Of a stretch of 64,000 nt of DNA, positions 26,909-39,372 are shown one piece after another. The notes below the pieces were generated by a model that was given only the letters and a program-made list of their open reading frames with translations, did no database searches and was not told the origin of the DNA. The position numbers and the translations under genes are program-made. The first letter of the stretch is position 1; every line of letters starts with the position of its first letter. The stretch covers positions 40,486,001-40,550,000 of the forward strand of contig OX597819.1 of the NCBI GenBank assembly GCA_951406725.2. The letters are read 5' to 3'. Origin of the DNA: Octopus vulgaris (taxonomy: Eukaryota).

Positions 26909-29900
26909 GAAAACACATCCCGAGAAACATCCTGGCATTGTCCTGACTACCGAGGAATGTGTGTGTCAAGTATGTGGAGATACAGCTTCTACTATCCATT
27001 ATGGAGTACTCACTTGCCCAGACTGTGTGCTTTTCTATCGACTGAGCATACAAGACAGCTTTGCTGATGGTTACCACTGCAAACATAAAGGGCATGAAAT
27101 TACCAAGAGAAACCGAGGAAAGTGTGAGTACTGTTGGTACCAGAAATGTTGCAGAGCTGGAATGACAAGTGATAAACCAGAAATTGGTGAAACTGTTACT
27201 GTGATAAAAGTAGAGAACAAACAACAACAGCAAATGAAAACTGAAAAAGCAACCAACTCATTATCGAAAACGCCATCACTGCATAAACATATAAATAAAG
27301 AGACATGCAAGGCCACAGTCCCACAACAAACTACAGAGTCTCAGAAAGTACCACCGCCTAAAAAAGATCTCAACTTATGTAAAGTTTGTGGAGATCGTGC
27401 TTTCAAGAAACATTATGGCATTTTGGCCTGTCCAGAATGTGAAGTTTTCTTTAAAATGAGTATTCTTGATGATTTTTACAAGGGCTATTTTTGCAAGTTT
27501 AAAAAATGCAAGATTAATCGTTTTCGGCGAAGTAGCTGTGAGTATTGTTGGTATGAAAAGTGTCTGTTTAGCGGTATGCAGAAAGAGAAAGAGGGTAATC
27601 CACTGGAAGATAATGACAGCTGCAAAGTTGTTTCATCAACACAAAAAACGGTAAAACCTGTTTATGGCATTAAAGTAAAAGATGAGCAAAAAGAAAGCGA
27701 AGGATCTGTAACAGCAAACAACAACAAAAAGTGTATCAAAGATAGCAAAGACTGTGTAAAGGTCATCGGTAGCAACAAGAACAACAACAATATTAGTAGC
27801 AAACTTCTAAGCAATAGCAACAACAATATTGGTAATAAATCTCTGAACGATAACAATAACAGTAGCAGCGGTAGATGTGTCTCTTCAACAGCATCAAAAA
27901 CTACTGTGATTACTGTGAAAAAAAGAAAACTCGAAACTATAGATCAAAACCTAGCCAAACCTTCTGAACATCAGAGCGACATTAACAGCATCCCTAACAA
28001 ACGTTTCAAAGTGGTTAGTCATTCTTCAAGTAGCACACAGAATACTGGTAACTCTTCAAATACACAACTTAACTCATCTTCAAAAAGGAGTACCAGTAAT
28101 ACCTCTGTCTCATCATCAACTACTTCATTCCAATCTCTTTCTGTTTCATTTTCTTGTTCGTTATCATTATCATCACAGTCATCATCATCGTCATTAACCT
28201 CACCATCATTGTCATCATCATCTGTTTTATCCTCCTCCTCATCACCATCATCAATTCTATCATCATCATCATCGACTTTATCATCATTGCCGTCATCATC
28301 ATCATCGTCGTCGTCAACTTTTGTATCACAGAAACCGACCAATGCTGTGACATTGCCATCAGTTTTAAAGAGAACTGCAGCATCAACAACAGTCACATTT
28401 TCAGCACCCACTACTATGACAGCAAAAGTTCAGCAAAAAACAGTGGCAAAGAAAATCGTGGTGCTACCTAAAAAGAAAGTCACAGACAGTAACAAAGATG
28501 GCATCAAGATTGCTTCTGGTGCTGAATCACATTACAAACTGTGTAAATTACCAACTCATGAAAGAGTTGTAGCACCAAAGGAAGATTTTGCGAAAAATAC
28601 CAACGTCAGTATTCATAGCAGAAATGATAACAGTAACATTAGTAATAGTAGTAGTAATACTGGTTTAAACAGTAACAGCAGCAGACTGAAGAAATCTACT
28701 ATTTCAACAGCTATCGGCTCCTGCAATAAAGCACCTGATGTAAATGCAGTGAATAGTAGCAAATTGACTGATTCAGGTGCCGCATCTGACAAATGTAAGC
28801 ACGAGGACTTATTGAAATCTACTGAGAGCAGTACATGTAGAACTACTACTACTACTGTTACTTCTACTACTACTACTACTACTACTACTAACAACACCAC
28901 CAAGACTTTTATCGATCCTTCTCATTTTACACAAAATATGAACATCTGTACTGTGTGTGGTGATCAGGCTTCTGTTGTTAATTACGGAGTGCTTACTTGT
29001 CCAGATTGCCGCATCTTTTTCCAGATGTGCATACAAGATGGTTTTGCTGCTGGTTTCAGCTGTTCAAAACGACGAAATTGCTCGGTTACAAAAACAAACC
29101 GGGAAAACTGTGAATTTTGTTGGTACAAGAAATGCCTTGCTGTTGGAATGCAGGCTGACCAAATATCAAAAATGACCCCGACTTGTGACCGTTTTACTTT
29201 TGCCTTGACGCCAACCTGTGATCGTTTTACATTTTCCTTACCTCTAACACCAATATCATCTGCACAATTAACAACTGCCATCAGTAACTCTACGAGCACA
29301 AATACAACATCTGTACACATGGTTAGCTCTTTGGATCAAGTTAAAAATCCTGGAAATACACTATATTCTTCAGTGATAACTCCACTCATTCAAAACGAAG
29401 AATTGTGCATTGTCTGTAGTGCACCTTTTGCTGAGATCTATTGTGGTGCTAAAGTTTGTACTGATTGTAAGGCCTTCTGCAAAGAAAATGCTGATTCAAA
29501 AATATGCTCTAAGTATGTATGTGAGCAGACTCAAAGCTGTTCTATTATCAATAGTGATTTGCTGCCAAAAAATCGGTGCAGCTATTGTTGGTATGAGAAG
29601 TGTGTAGAATGTGGTTTGCTCAGTAAAGAAACAAATGTTTTGAGAAATTCGTCCAGTTTGGAGACCCAGGCATCAAAAAATCGAATTCCTGATCCTGTTT
29701 TGGATAATCTAGTTTTCAGAGAATCAGTGGACATATACAGTGCTGTTTTGGACAATATACTTCAAGATAAAACAAGTCCATCTCACATGGACAGTGAAGT
29801 TCTTGAACCATACTTTGGGGACAATACTTCAGACAACCAAATTTGTGAACTACCAAGTTTGATGGAAAGTATGTTTGAATCTCTAACTAAATCATCTGAA

Positions 29901-32900
29901 GAAATAGAATTGATCCAGAAGAAATTTGAACGTCTAAAAATGGAAAAAGAACGTGTTAGTGCTTTAAAGAAACAAAACCAGCAACAGCAGCAGTCTGTGA
30001 TGTTACCTGATACAATGAAAGACTGTACGTCAAAAGCTACTAGGCGTGTACTCCTTAACAGTAATGATTATCAAACAAAGGAAAGTGGTATATTACTAAA
30101 AGACAGTCATCTGAAACAAACCAATGAAACCAGTAATGTTCTACCCCCCTGTTTGACTTCTAAAAATACCAGAATTGATTCCATCTCCGAGCACTCAAAT
30201 CAAAATCGTGATCCATCGCTTTTTAGTTTGGATTGGGAAACAAAGTCTAATGAAAAACGTAACAATTCTGTGAAAGACAGTTTTACTTCAATTTCGATGA
30301 ATGATCATTTGATGGTAAAAGTAACTAATGAAATTCCACAGAACATTTTCGACAGCTCAGATGATATGACACCAGTTTCTGAATCTCTGCCATTTGTGTC
30401 ATCAGCAGCTGGAGAAAAACAGGTGAAAAAAGTGGTTTTCAAACCAATCCTAGATCGAAGTGAAGATCAGGATGTGTCAGAAAAAGTCTCTGATATGGAC
30501 AGATGTAATTTTGAGCATGGAGAGCGGGAAACTGCTCAGCAAAAATTAAATGAGCTTCAAATGAAGAAAGATAATGTGGAAGAGAAGCTTCTAATGCTCC
30601 AGAGAAGCATTGAGAAAGAACGGAAAAAACTTCTTAGTCTTCAGAAAGAAAGGAAGCGAGGAGTCAAAATTTGTGATAAGTCTCTGGAATCTTCAAATGC
30701 ATTGTCTTTGGATGCTAAAATGCCACAACTAGAACCTGAACCACAGCTTGTATTGGAATCTTCAAATATTGATTTTGTCAAACAGAAACAGTCAGAAACA
30801 AATGATTTTGCTATGATTGAGGATGGTAGCTCTGTTGTAACTGCTACTCATTCTGAAGAAACAGATTCTGAGAAGTTATGTAGAGTATGTGGAGACAGAG
30901 CTCCAGGAGTCCTCTATGGAGTGTGGACATGTCTGAAATGTAGTGTCTTCTTCCGCCAGAGTTTAGACAAGCAAATTTCCAGTCAGTATGTCTGCCGAGA
31001 TGGCAACTGTTATGTTGACAAAATAAATAGAGGTGTTTGTAGATATTGCTGGTACCAAAAATGTTTGGCTGTTGGAATGTCAAAGCAAGAGAAACGAATC
31101 GTTCCAGTTCAATCACCAACACCTACTCCCAAAACTGGTCAACAGGATCAAAACAGAAATGAAAAGTTCCACGACAATAGTGATCACCATCATATTAATG
31201 AAAATGAAATGGGAATTATTCAGAATGTATTCCCTAATGATAAAAGTCCTTTAGCTAAAGACCTTACTGATGAAATGAGTGAAGAAATACATGAAGAGAT
31301 TGGAAATGTGGAGGTTTGTGATGTTCCTGATTTCAAGTCAGTGTCCAAAAGTAATAAAAACTGTTCAAGAGCATTTTTGGATTTGAAAATTTCGCAGCCA
31401 TCTTCAGGTGAACCAACAACCACAACATCTTCTTTGGCCCCAGAATCTTCAAATACAGAATTTGTAGATAATAACAATCAAATTAGTGATTCTGGATGCT
31501 CTGTTGATATCAGTGAGTCGTTTCCTTCTCAAAAACCTAGCTGTGATTCCAATAACTCATCTATGTCCACTGCCATGGATACTAGTTTATGTAATGAAGA
31601 TGTTACTGTAACAATGGAGAGAAAAGACCAAAGTGATGGTTCTCTTCTGTATGTCAGCAACATGGATAAAAGCACTACTTTGAATTCAAATTCTGAAAGC
31701 ATTCCTCTAGTGGCATCAAATGATATCACAACTGAAATTCCAGTTGCAAATGCAAAAACTTCTTTGCCAGAGTCTGACCAGGGTTTGGGATTACAAGAAG
31801 CACCAACATTCCGGAGAATCTTACCTGAAAGCCTTAGTACATCAGTGGATCCCTCTGTAGTTACTGAAGTTATTCCTGAACCTTTATGGAATTCTGTAGA
31901 CACTGAAATTGTTCAAAAGAAGTCTGGTGATTCTGTTGATGATGGTGAAAGCAGTGCTGATAGAGTGACACCTGTAGAAATTATTGATTCAACTGGAGCA
32001 ATACATTCTGAGGAAAATGTGGACAATACTATTCTAGAGACATTGCGAAATTTTACTGATAAATCTGTTATTACAGAAATTATTCCAAGTTCTTCAAGAA
32101 ATTCTGTAAATTCTTCAGTTTTGGTTGATATGATCCAAAACTCCAACTGTTGTTCACCTGAGGCTCCTGTTGGCAAAGAAATCATTCCTGGAGCACTGTC
32201 TCATTTCATCGATAAACAGTCTCTTAATCCTATAGTAGTGCCAGACCCCTCTGAGACCAGTTCTGAATTTGCTGGAAATTCTGATAATGAAGATTCTGTT
32301 TCAGATAGTAACCATCCTAAAGAAGCTGGAACTGACTACACCAGGATGACAACCAACCCAAATATTTCTCACAGGTCACGAGCTCTAACTGAGAAAACAT
32401 CTTTCACTTTGCTGAAAAGAACAGCTCATATGTCAAAGAAGAAGACAAGCAGAGCTGTTGGTGTACCATCTCTTTCTTTACGTTATATGATTAAATGTTG
32501 TTCTCCAAAACATATTGCAAATCAAATGCATAGTCGAATCAAAAAGTCAGTTCAAATGATTGGGAAGGCTAAGAAAAAGCCTTCACTTTCAAAAAGTGCA
32601 CTTCCTAGCTCATCACATCAAGCTGCACTGAAAGAATATGAGTTTGTTGATGATAATCTTAATGATGATGATGATGATGGTCGTTTACGACATTCTTTGC
32701 CTAAATCACAGAAAACATATAGTACTGTGAAATTGTCTAAGAAAATGGCCAAGCAAAAAGTAAATTCAAAGACTTCATTGAAAAAGAATTTGACATCAAC
32801 TTCTATGCATAAACAAAATCGTCATCCCCAGAACAATACTTCAAAGTCTATTTCTACTCTTACCAAAACTACTTTGAAAATCCCCCTAAGAAATAAGGAT

Positions 32901-35749
32901 GTAGATTTGGAAACAGCACAAGCCAAGCCACTGCGTAAACGAGGCCGTCCACGAAAGATAAAATCAACACTACTTAGCACTGAAGTTACACCAACCTGTA
33001 AGCAAGATTCTATCTGTAAAGAAAACAGTAAACAACCATCTACTGTGTCAGAGAGCACCACTGAAATTTCGTCTGTCCCTTCTGTTACTATAGTCGCAGA
33101 ATTCAGCGAGAGAAATAAAGTCAGAAATAAAGAAGATAGTAGCATGACTGAAAGCAGAGTTGGAAACAAAACTGATACTATTTTCATTGGGACTAGCTTG
33201 TGTAGTGTTTGTGGAGATGTGTCTCATGGATTACATTATGGTATTATTTCATGTTCAAGCTGCCGTAGTTTCTTTGCACAAAGCACTGACTCCAAAATTG
33301 GCTGTAAATATGAAGTATGTAATAAGTCATGCATAATCAACAGTGTAACACGCCGATTCTGTCGATATTGTTGGTTACAGAAGTGTCTACAGGCAGGAAT
33401 GATGAAAGGCACCACTAAACGAGGACGGCCACCAAAACTTAGACCCCAAACTAATGAAACTGAAACTGTTAGCAAACAGAAGGATTTGACTAGTGAAAAT
33501 GAGGTTTCTATTCCTGAAGATCAGATTGAGACAAGTTCAGAAGCAGCAGTTTCAGCACTTCATAAAGAGTCAATTCAAAATAATGAAAGCACTGTGAACA
33601 ATAGTGATCCAGTCATGACTGACAATGACACCAATACTGAAGATGATCAAGTTGATAGTTTTGATGTATCATCTGATGTTATCAAAGAAGGGAACAATGA
33701 TGAAAACAATGATGATGATGAAGTAAATCTGAAAGCAAAGCCTTCCAGTTCAACACAGACTGGAATATCAGTTGATGAAGAATCTAATGAAATGAACTTA
33801 GAACAAGTCACTAACAGATCTTCCGTTTCTCAAGAGAAGATGCTACGTGAGACAAGTACAGAGAAGATAGTCAGTGAGCAATCATCTATTGTTTGCATTG
33901 ATTTAGATAGTAATTTAAATAGCACTGGGACAGCTAATCTCACTGAAACCGAACCAATGGCTGTTGATAATGATTCTGATTCACCTTTAATTATTGAAAG
34001 TGTTCCACACCAGAGTGATAACAACAAAAGTGATGTCGGTAATTCCCAGAATCCAAACTCTACTAGCAGTCAAGAATGTTTCTGTAAAGTATGCGGTGAC
34101 TTGGCATCAGGAATTCACTTTGGCATAGAAACCTGCTGGTCATGTACTATTTTCTTTAAGCAGAGTACTGACTCACGAACGACCAAAAAATATAAGTGCC
34201 ATAACAAAAACTGTTGTGTCACACCTGATAACTACGAACGTTGTTCTTATTGTTGGTTTCAAAAGTGCTTGCTTGTTGGCATGTCAAAAATGTTAATTCC
34301 CACAAATCAAAGCCAAAGTGGAACTGGTCAATTCTTGGAGAGCTATACTTCAAATACTGACCGATCTGTCTCTTCAGGAATCCACCAGGTAAAGAGTGGT
34401 AAGCTATTGCCTACTGTTGCAGATTCTTCAAATGCTGAAAGAAGTAAAGTAGCAAGCACATCCCTTGCATCTGTAGCAACTTCCATCAGTAGCACAAACA
34501 GCATAGTTTCTGGTGCAACTTGTACAACTACAGATGTTGCTTGCAGTGTTTCTCCTGTTGAAAGAGAAGTCAGCACAGTTAGTACATTTAATCCTAGAAG
34601 TCAAACTGTATCAGTAATTACCACAACACCATTACAGACCAATGCAAACACTAATACTACCAGCACACCTAATACAGTTTCTTTGCAGCCACAGTTATCA
34701 AATAATAAACAACCTACAAACACTGTAGATGCTGTTCAAAGTAGACTTCACACTTCACCTGTAAAATCTGTGTTAGTTGCTCCTAAGCCTACCTTACCTC
34801 AGGGACAGACACAAACTCATTCTGAACTGATATGCAGTGTTTGTGATGATACTGCAATTGGTGTTCGGTATGGAGTACAGACATGTCGTAATTGTTTGTG
34901 TTTCTTTCGAACTGTACTAAATGGGAGAATACCTACTGAAAAGGATCATGCAGACGGTAACTGTTTTATTAATAAAGCTACTACCAACCGGTGTCGATTC
35001 TGCTGGTACCAAAAATGTCTTTCTGTTGGGATGAGTGATACTCTACAAATGAAAAAGCAGCAAACATTAATGGCTACAAACAGACTCTCAGCACCTGAAC
35101 AGGATTGCAATGCCAACAGTTCCAACGTTTGTGACAAAACTAATCCTATACCAACTCCTAGTAATAATTCAGAGATTATTAACAAGCTTTCAGGATTATC
35201 TATGACCACATCTTCAGAAGTACAAATGCTGCCTGTTACATCAAGCAAATCGGGTTCCACTTGTCCTACAGTATCTCAGACCAAAGACCTAAGTTCCAAC
35301 ATGAGGAACACAACAAATGAATCACCATCAGTGACTACTAATCTAAGCAAGGATGTTGCTAAGTTATGTAAAGTCTGTGGGGATGTCTCGTTTGTTTCTC
35401 ATTATGGCATTGCATCTTGTTTGAACTGCAGTGTCTTTTTCCGACGCAGTTTGGACAAAAGACTACATCGTGCATATAAATGCCTCAACAAGGATTGTTT
35501 AATCAGTCGTACCAGTCGTAGTCGCTGTTATTACTGCTGGTTCCAGAAATGCGTGGGTGTTGGTATGTCCTACAAGGTTAAGCGTAAACTACGTCATCAG
35601 AAAGAAAAGTCAAGTGATCAAGCAGAAGTGCCACAGTCACTGTTATCAACTCCTAATCAAGATGCTGTTAATCAAAATTCTAAGAACAGCAACAGTGGAA
35701 ACAATACCCAACCAATTTCAAATCAGAATAAAAGTCTTGTGTCTGATGG
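26909..35749 (+). CDS. Coding exon 2 (8,841 bp): nine NR-type C4 DBDs (DBD2-10), two AT-hooks, coiled coils, Ser/Thr-rich linkers
   Basis: Uninterrupted frame. Acceptor tgttgcag|G at 26908/9 completes AA+G=Lys. Donor GG|gtaagt at 35750. DBDs (CxxC-x13-CxxC...C-C...CxxCW-x2-KC-x3-G[ML]) at 26964-27164, 27378-27578, 28947-29150, 29406-29618, 30879-31079, 33201-33401, 34083-34283, 34833-35033, 35367-35567. Confidence 0.95.
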
Positions 35750-36857
35750 GTAAGTAATAGTCTTCTAACATCTTAAATATTTTCATACCTGTTTGGGATG
35801 AATCTTGTCTTTTGTTTAAAACTTATAATTTCTAAGACTGGGAGTATAAGGCTCCTCATTGAATGGGATGCCAGACTAAGGCTAGAGTAGTTTGAATGGG
35901 AAGCGATGCTCCACCCACTATATTCTTCAGATATTACCCCACCAGATTATCATTTATTCCGCAGTCTTCAAAATCATTTGGATGAAAAATATGAATTCTG
36001 TAGGGACATCATTTATATATTTATTAAATCATATGGGTGATATATGGTTAAAAATGTATGTTGGAAGTTATTTGGACCAAATTCAAATAAGGGACAAAAT
36101 AACAAAAGTGACCATATAAGTTATTTCACTAGTTTGTTGTTTATCACTAAAATTATGTTTAAAATGTATTCTCCGATAGAGTGCATTAATTGCAACAGTA
36201 TTTAGTTAGTAAATTAATGAACCAACTTAATATATATTCTCTTTTAATTAATCAACTCAATATATATCCTTATATATTCTCTTTTATATATATATACCTA
36301 CATATTACTAAATTGTTGCTATATATCCCTGAAATTATGTTTAAATTCTATTTTTATCTGGCAAAATGCATCAAATGCAAGACTCTATGTAATAGTGTTA
36401 AGTCACTTAATTAATATAACCATCATTTACTCAGTCCTTTAAAATATTTATCTGTCTATTCATTTAATTACTTTCAATGTTATATTTAAGATGTGTGGTT
36501 TTATAAAAAGAATGAAGGGAGGCAACTCTAGTTTATTGAGGTCTAAATTATAAAAAATATATAATATATTCAAAAATTTAGGTCCATTGATTGATTAAAT
36601 AATCAATCAATCAATCAATTTATTGGTTTTGTAATGGGGTTGCATATCACTGTCTACATCCCTATATATACACATAATACATACATATGTATACATCCAT
36701 ACACACACACACACACACATAGATATACATACACATATACATACATACACATGTATATACCCACACACACACATAAAGTTACCAGCAGAAAACATATACA
36801 TATCTACCGAAACCTACATATATATTTCCCTGTAAGTTTGGATATACTCCCTAATAT

Positions 36858-36860
<3 letters not shown>

Positions 36861-36906
<46 letters not shown>
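36861..36906. repeat. (TA)n microsatellite
   Basis: Read directly from the sequence. Confidence 0.95.
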
Positions 36907-36909
<3 letters not shown>

Positions 36910-37214
36910 GGGAGAATTCACAAAAAAACAAAGGACGAAGACAGGTGATGTAGACAACAAACAGATGTATTAGTGTAACGCTTGGCAAGTGAAAAGGTCT
37001 TTAACATTTCGAGCCTATGCTCTTCCATAGAATGGAACACAGAGACAAGGAGAGAAATTAAAGAATGTGTAGTAACTAGCGATCTATCATGGCGAATGCC
37101 AGAGAGGTCACACAGGAGAATTAAGAAGAAGGGGTGTTAATAAAGTAGTGGTGATCCCAAAACGAAGGTGCACGTGCATGTGTATAAGAGAGCATGTGTG
37201 TGTGGAAGAGGTCT

Positions 37215-37475
37215 CGAAAGAAATGACAGTTTTGAGAAAGAGAGAAAACCTCCTCATCGAAACAAAACTCTGAAAGAAAACCAAAACTTTCAGATAGGGA
37301 CAGTTGGACTTCTACGCAATTTGTTAGAAAGGATCACAAAAGTACAGCTCCCAAAATTACTGCAGAACTTAATGACCACCTCGAGAACCCAGTTTCCACA
37401 AAAACTGTTTGCTGGGAGCTGCACAAAGCCAGATTTCATGAGAGGGCTGCAATCAGAAAACCACTACTTTCAAAA
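37215..37475 (+). mobile_element. Tc1-family transposase N-terminal fragment
   Basis: Hand translation SERKPKLSDRD...KSTAPKITAELNDHLENPVSTKTVCWELHKARFHERAAIRKPLLSK fits the Tc1 helix-turn-helix region. Confidence 0.8.
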
Positions 37476-37747
37476 GAAAAGAGAGAGAGAGAGAGAGAAA
37501 ATAAATGGTACAAATAGCTTAAATATATCCTGGGAGTTAGGGGTAGTTAGACACAATCTAAAATAACAAAATGGTGAAAATGAAAACTAATTATAAAAAA
37601 ACAGATAACTATACAGCTGTGAGCCAACATGAAGATGTTAATAAAAATGCAATGCTTTTAATTATAATGCCTAATTTTGATTGTTGTTGAAAAGATTTTT
37701 GTATTACTATGTTTAATATACTTGACTATTTTTTTATATATTTCTAG

Positions 37748-38105
37748 TGACCTGGACAACCTGTCTCTTGGATTCACTCGGCATAGTGGCAACATACTCT
37801 GTAAAGTGTGTGGTGATGAGGCCTCTACTGTACATGCAGGTGTACTCACATGTTTTCCTTGTCGATCTTTCTTTAAACGAAGTCAAAAGAACAGTATCAA
37901 CCGGAAATATTCTTGTGATAGCAAAAACTGTTCAATTACGAAAAACAACAAAAAGAGCTGTGATTATTGCCGGTATCGAAAATGTCTTGCTCTTGGAATG
38001 GCCAAAAATATTGTAAAGCATAATGTCCAGCCTTTAAAAGATAAGACTGATAGCCAAAAGATGGTTGAGTCTGCTAGCAATGTACAGATTGAATCCATTA
38101 CGAGG
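37748..38105 (+). CDS. Coding exon 3, DBD11 (37800-38000)
   Basis: Acceptor tttctag|T (phase 2). CKVCGDEASTVHAGVLTCFPCRSFFKRS...CDYCRYRKCLALGM. Donor AGG|gtaatg (phase 0). Confidence 0.9.
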
Positions 38106-38727
38106 GTAATGTATATTTTCTCTTTATTCGCATATATTTGGACATAAAGGTACATGATCCAGTTGTTACAATGTTAGGCTCGTGATCTTTAGGTTTGAGG
38201 TTTGGTTCTTGGGTTGGGCTGTGCACTGTATCCTTGAGCAAGGCTCTTCATTTCATATTGCTCCAGAGCACTCAACTGAGCAAGAGTATCAGTGGCACCT
38301 GAGGATTAACCCTACAACAGACAGATGTCCAGTTCAGAGGGGTGCAATCTTATACACTCAGTTTAAACACCTTGAAAATTTAGATAAGCTTTATCTTCAA
38401 GAGCCTCTAAGCTTGAGGGAGATTATCTATTGTAGCTCTTATATATTTGTGCTGTGTATTGGAATTAGAGGTAAAAAATACAACCTTTTCATTGCAATTT
38501 CTGTTATTCATATAGTTCAATTTATAACATTTCCAAGTAGGATCACCTGAGATTGTTCATTGTAACATTAGTAAGAATTGTATTAAGTGCTATAAGGACA
38601 CTCTTGCCTGGATACTTTGGTGATATTGAATGTAACTAAGTTTGAGTTGTAAGTAACCACTTAATAAACTAAGAAATCGTAATTTTTTCAATAATATTAT
38701 ATTTTTGGCATTAATCACTTTTTACAG

Positions 38728-39053
38728 AACCATTGCAAAGTCTGTGGATATGAAGCATCTGGAATTCATTATGGGGTTTGGACCTGTCACAATTGCCGAG
38801 TTTTCTTCTACAAGAGTTGTGAGCAACAAAGTTTTAAAAACTATCAGTGTGCCCCGAAAAATTGTAATGTATACGGTAGTGCGCAAGTGAATTGTTCCTA
38901 TTGTCGCTACCAAAAGTGTTTGAGGGTTGGCATGTCAAAGGAATTGAGCAAACGAGGAAGACGACGCAAACTAGATGAGAATTTGTCTAAAGAAATGCCA
39001 GAGTTAAAGAAGCAGCAGACAAAGACTAATAGCACCAATAAATCTAAAACCAA
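38728..39053 (+). CDS. Coding exon 4, DBD12 (38734-38934); the correct frame is absent from the ORF track
   Basis: Acceptor tttttacag|AAC (phase 0). Hand translation: NHCKVCGYEASGIHYGVWTCHNCRVFFYKSCEQQSFKNYQCAPKNCNVYGSAQVNCSYCRYQKCLRVGMSKELSKRGRRRK... Donor AA|gtaagt (phase 2). Confidence 0.92.
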
Positions 39054-39372
39054 GTAAGTTTTTTGTTTGTCCATTCCATTGATAATTCAAAATTTCTATG
39101 CTACTTTTATCATCATCCCAATTGCTTTAACATCCACTTTTCATGGCTTGCAAGAGCCCTGTGCCGGTGCCTCATAAAAAGCACTCGTGTTGACATCATG
39201 TAAAAGTACTCATACCAGTGCCACGTTAAAAGCATCCAGCACACACTGTAAAGCGATTGGTGTTAGAAAAGACATCTAGCCATAGTCTGACTGGAACCAA
39301 GTGGAGCTCTCCTGCTTGCCAGCTCTGGTTGAATGGCCAAGACAGTGCCAGCATAGAAAATAGACATTAAAG

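Noticed and set aside
28019-28411. Antisense poly-Asp, poly-Met and poly-Ile ORFs over exon 2
   Set aside because: Shadow frames of the (TCA)n Ser-rich tract.
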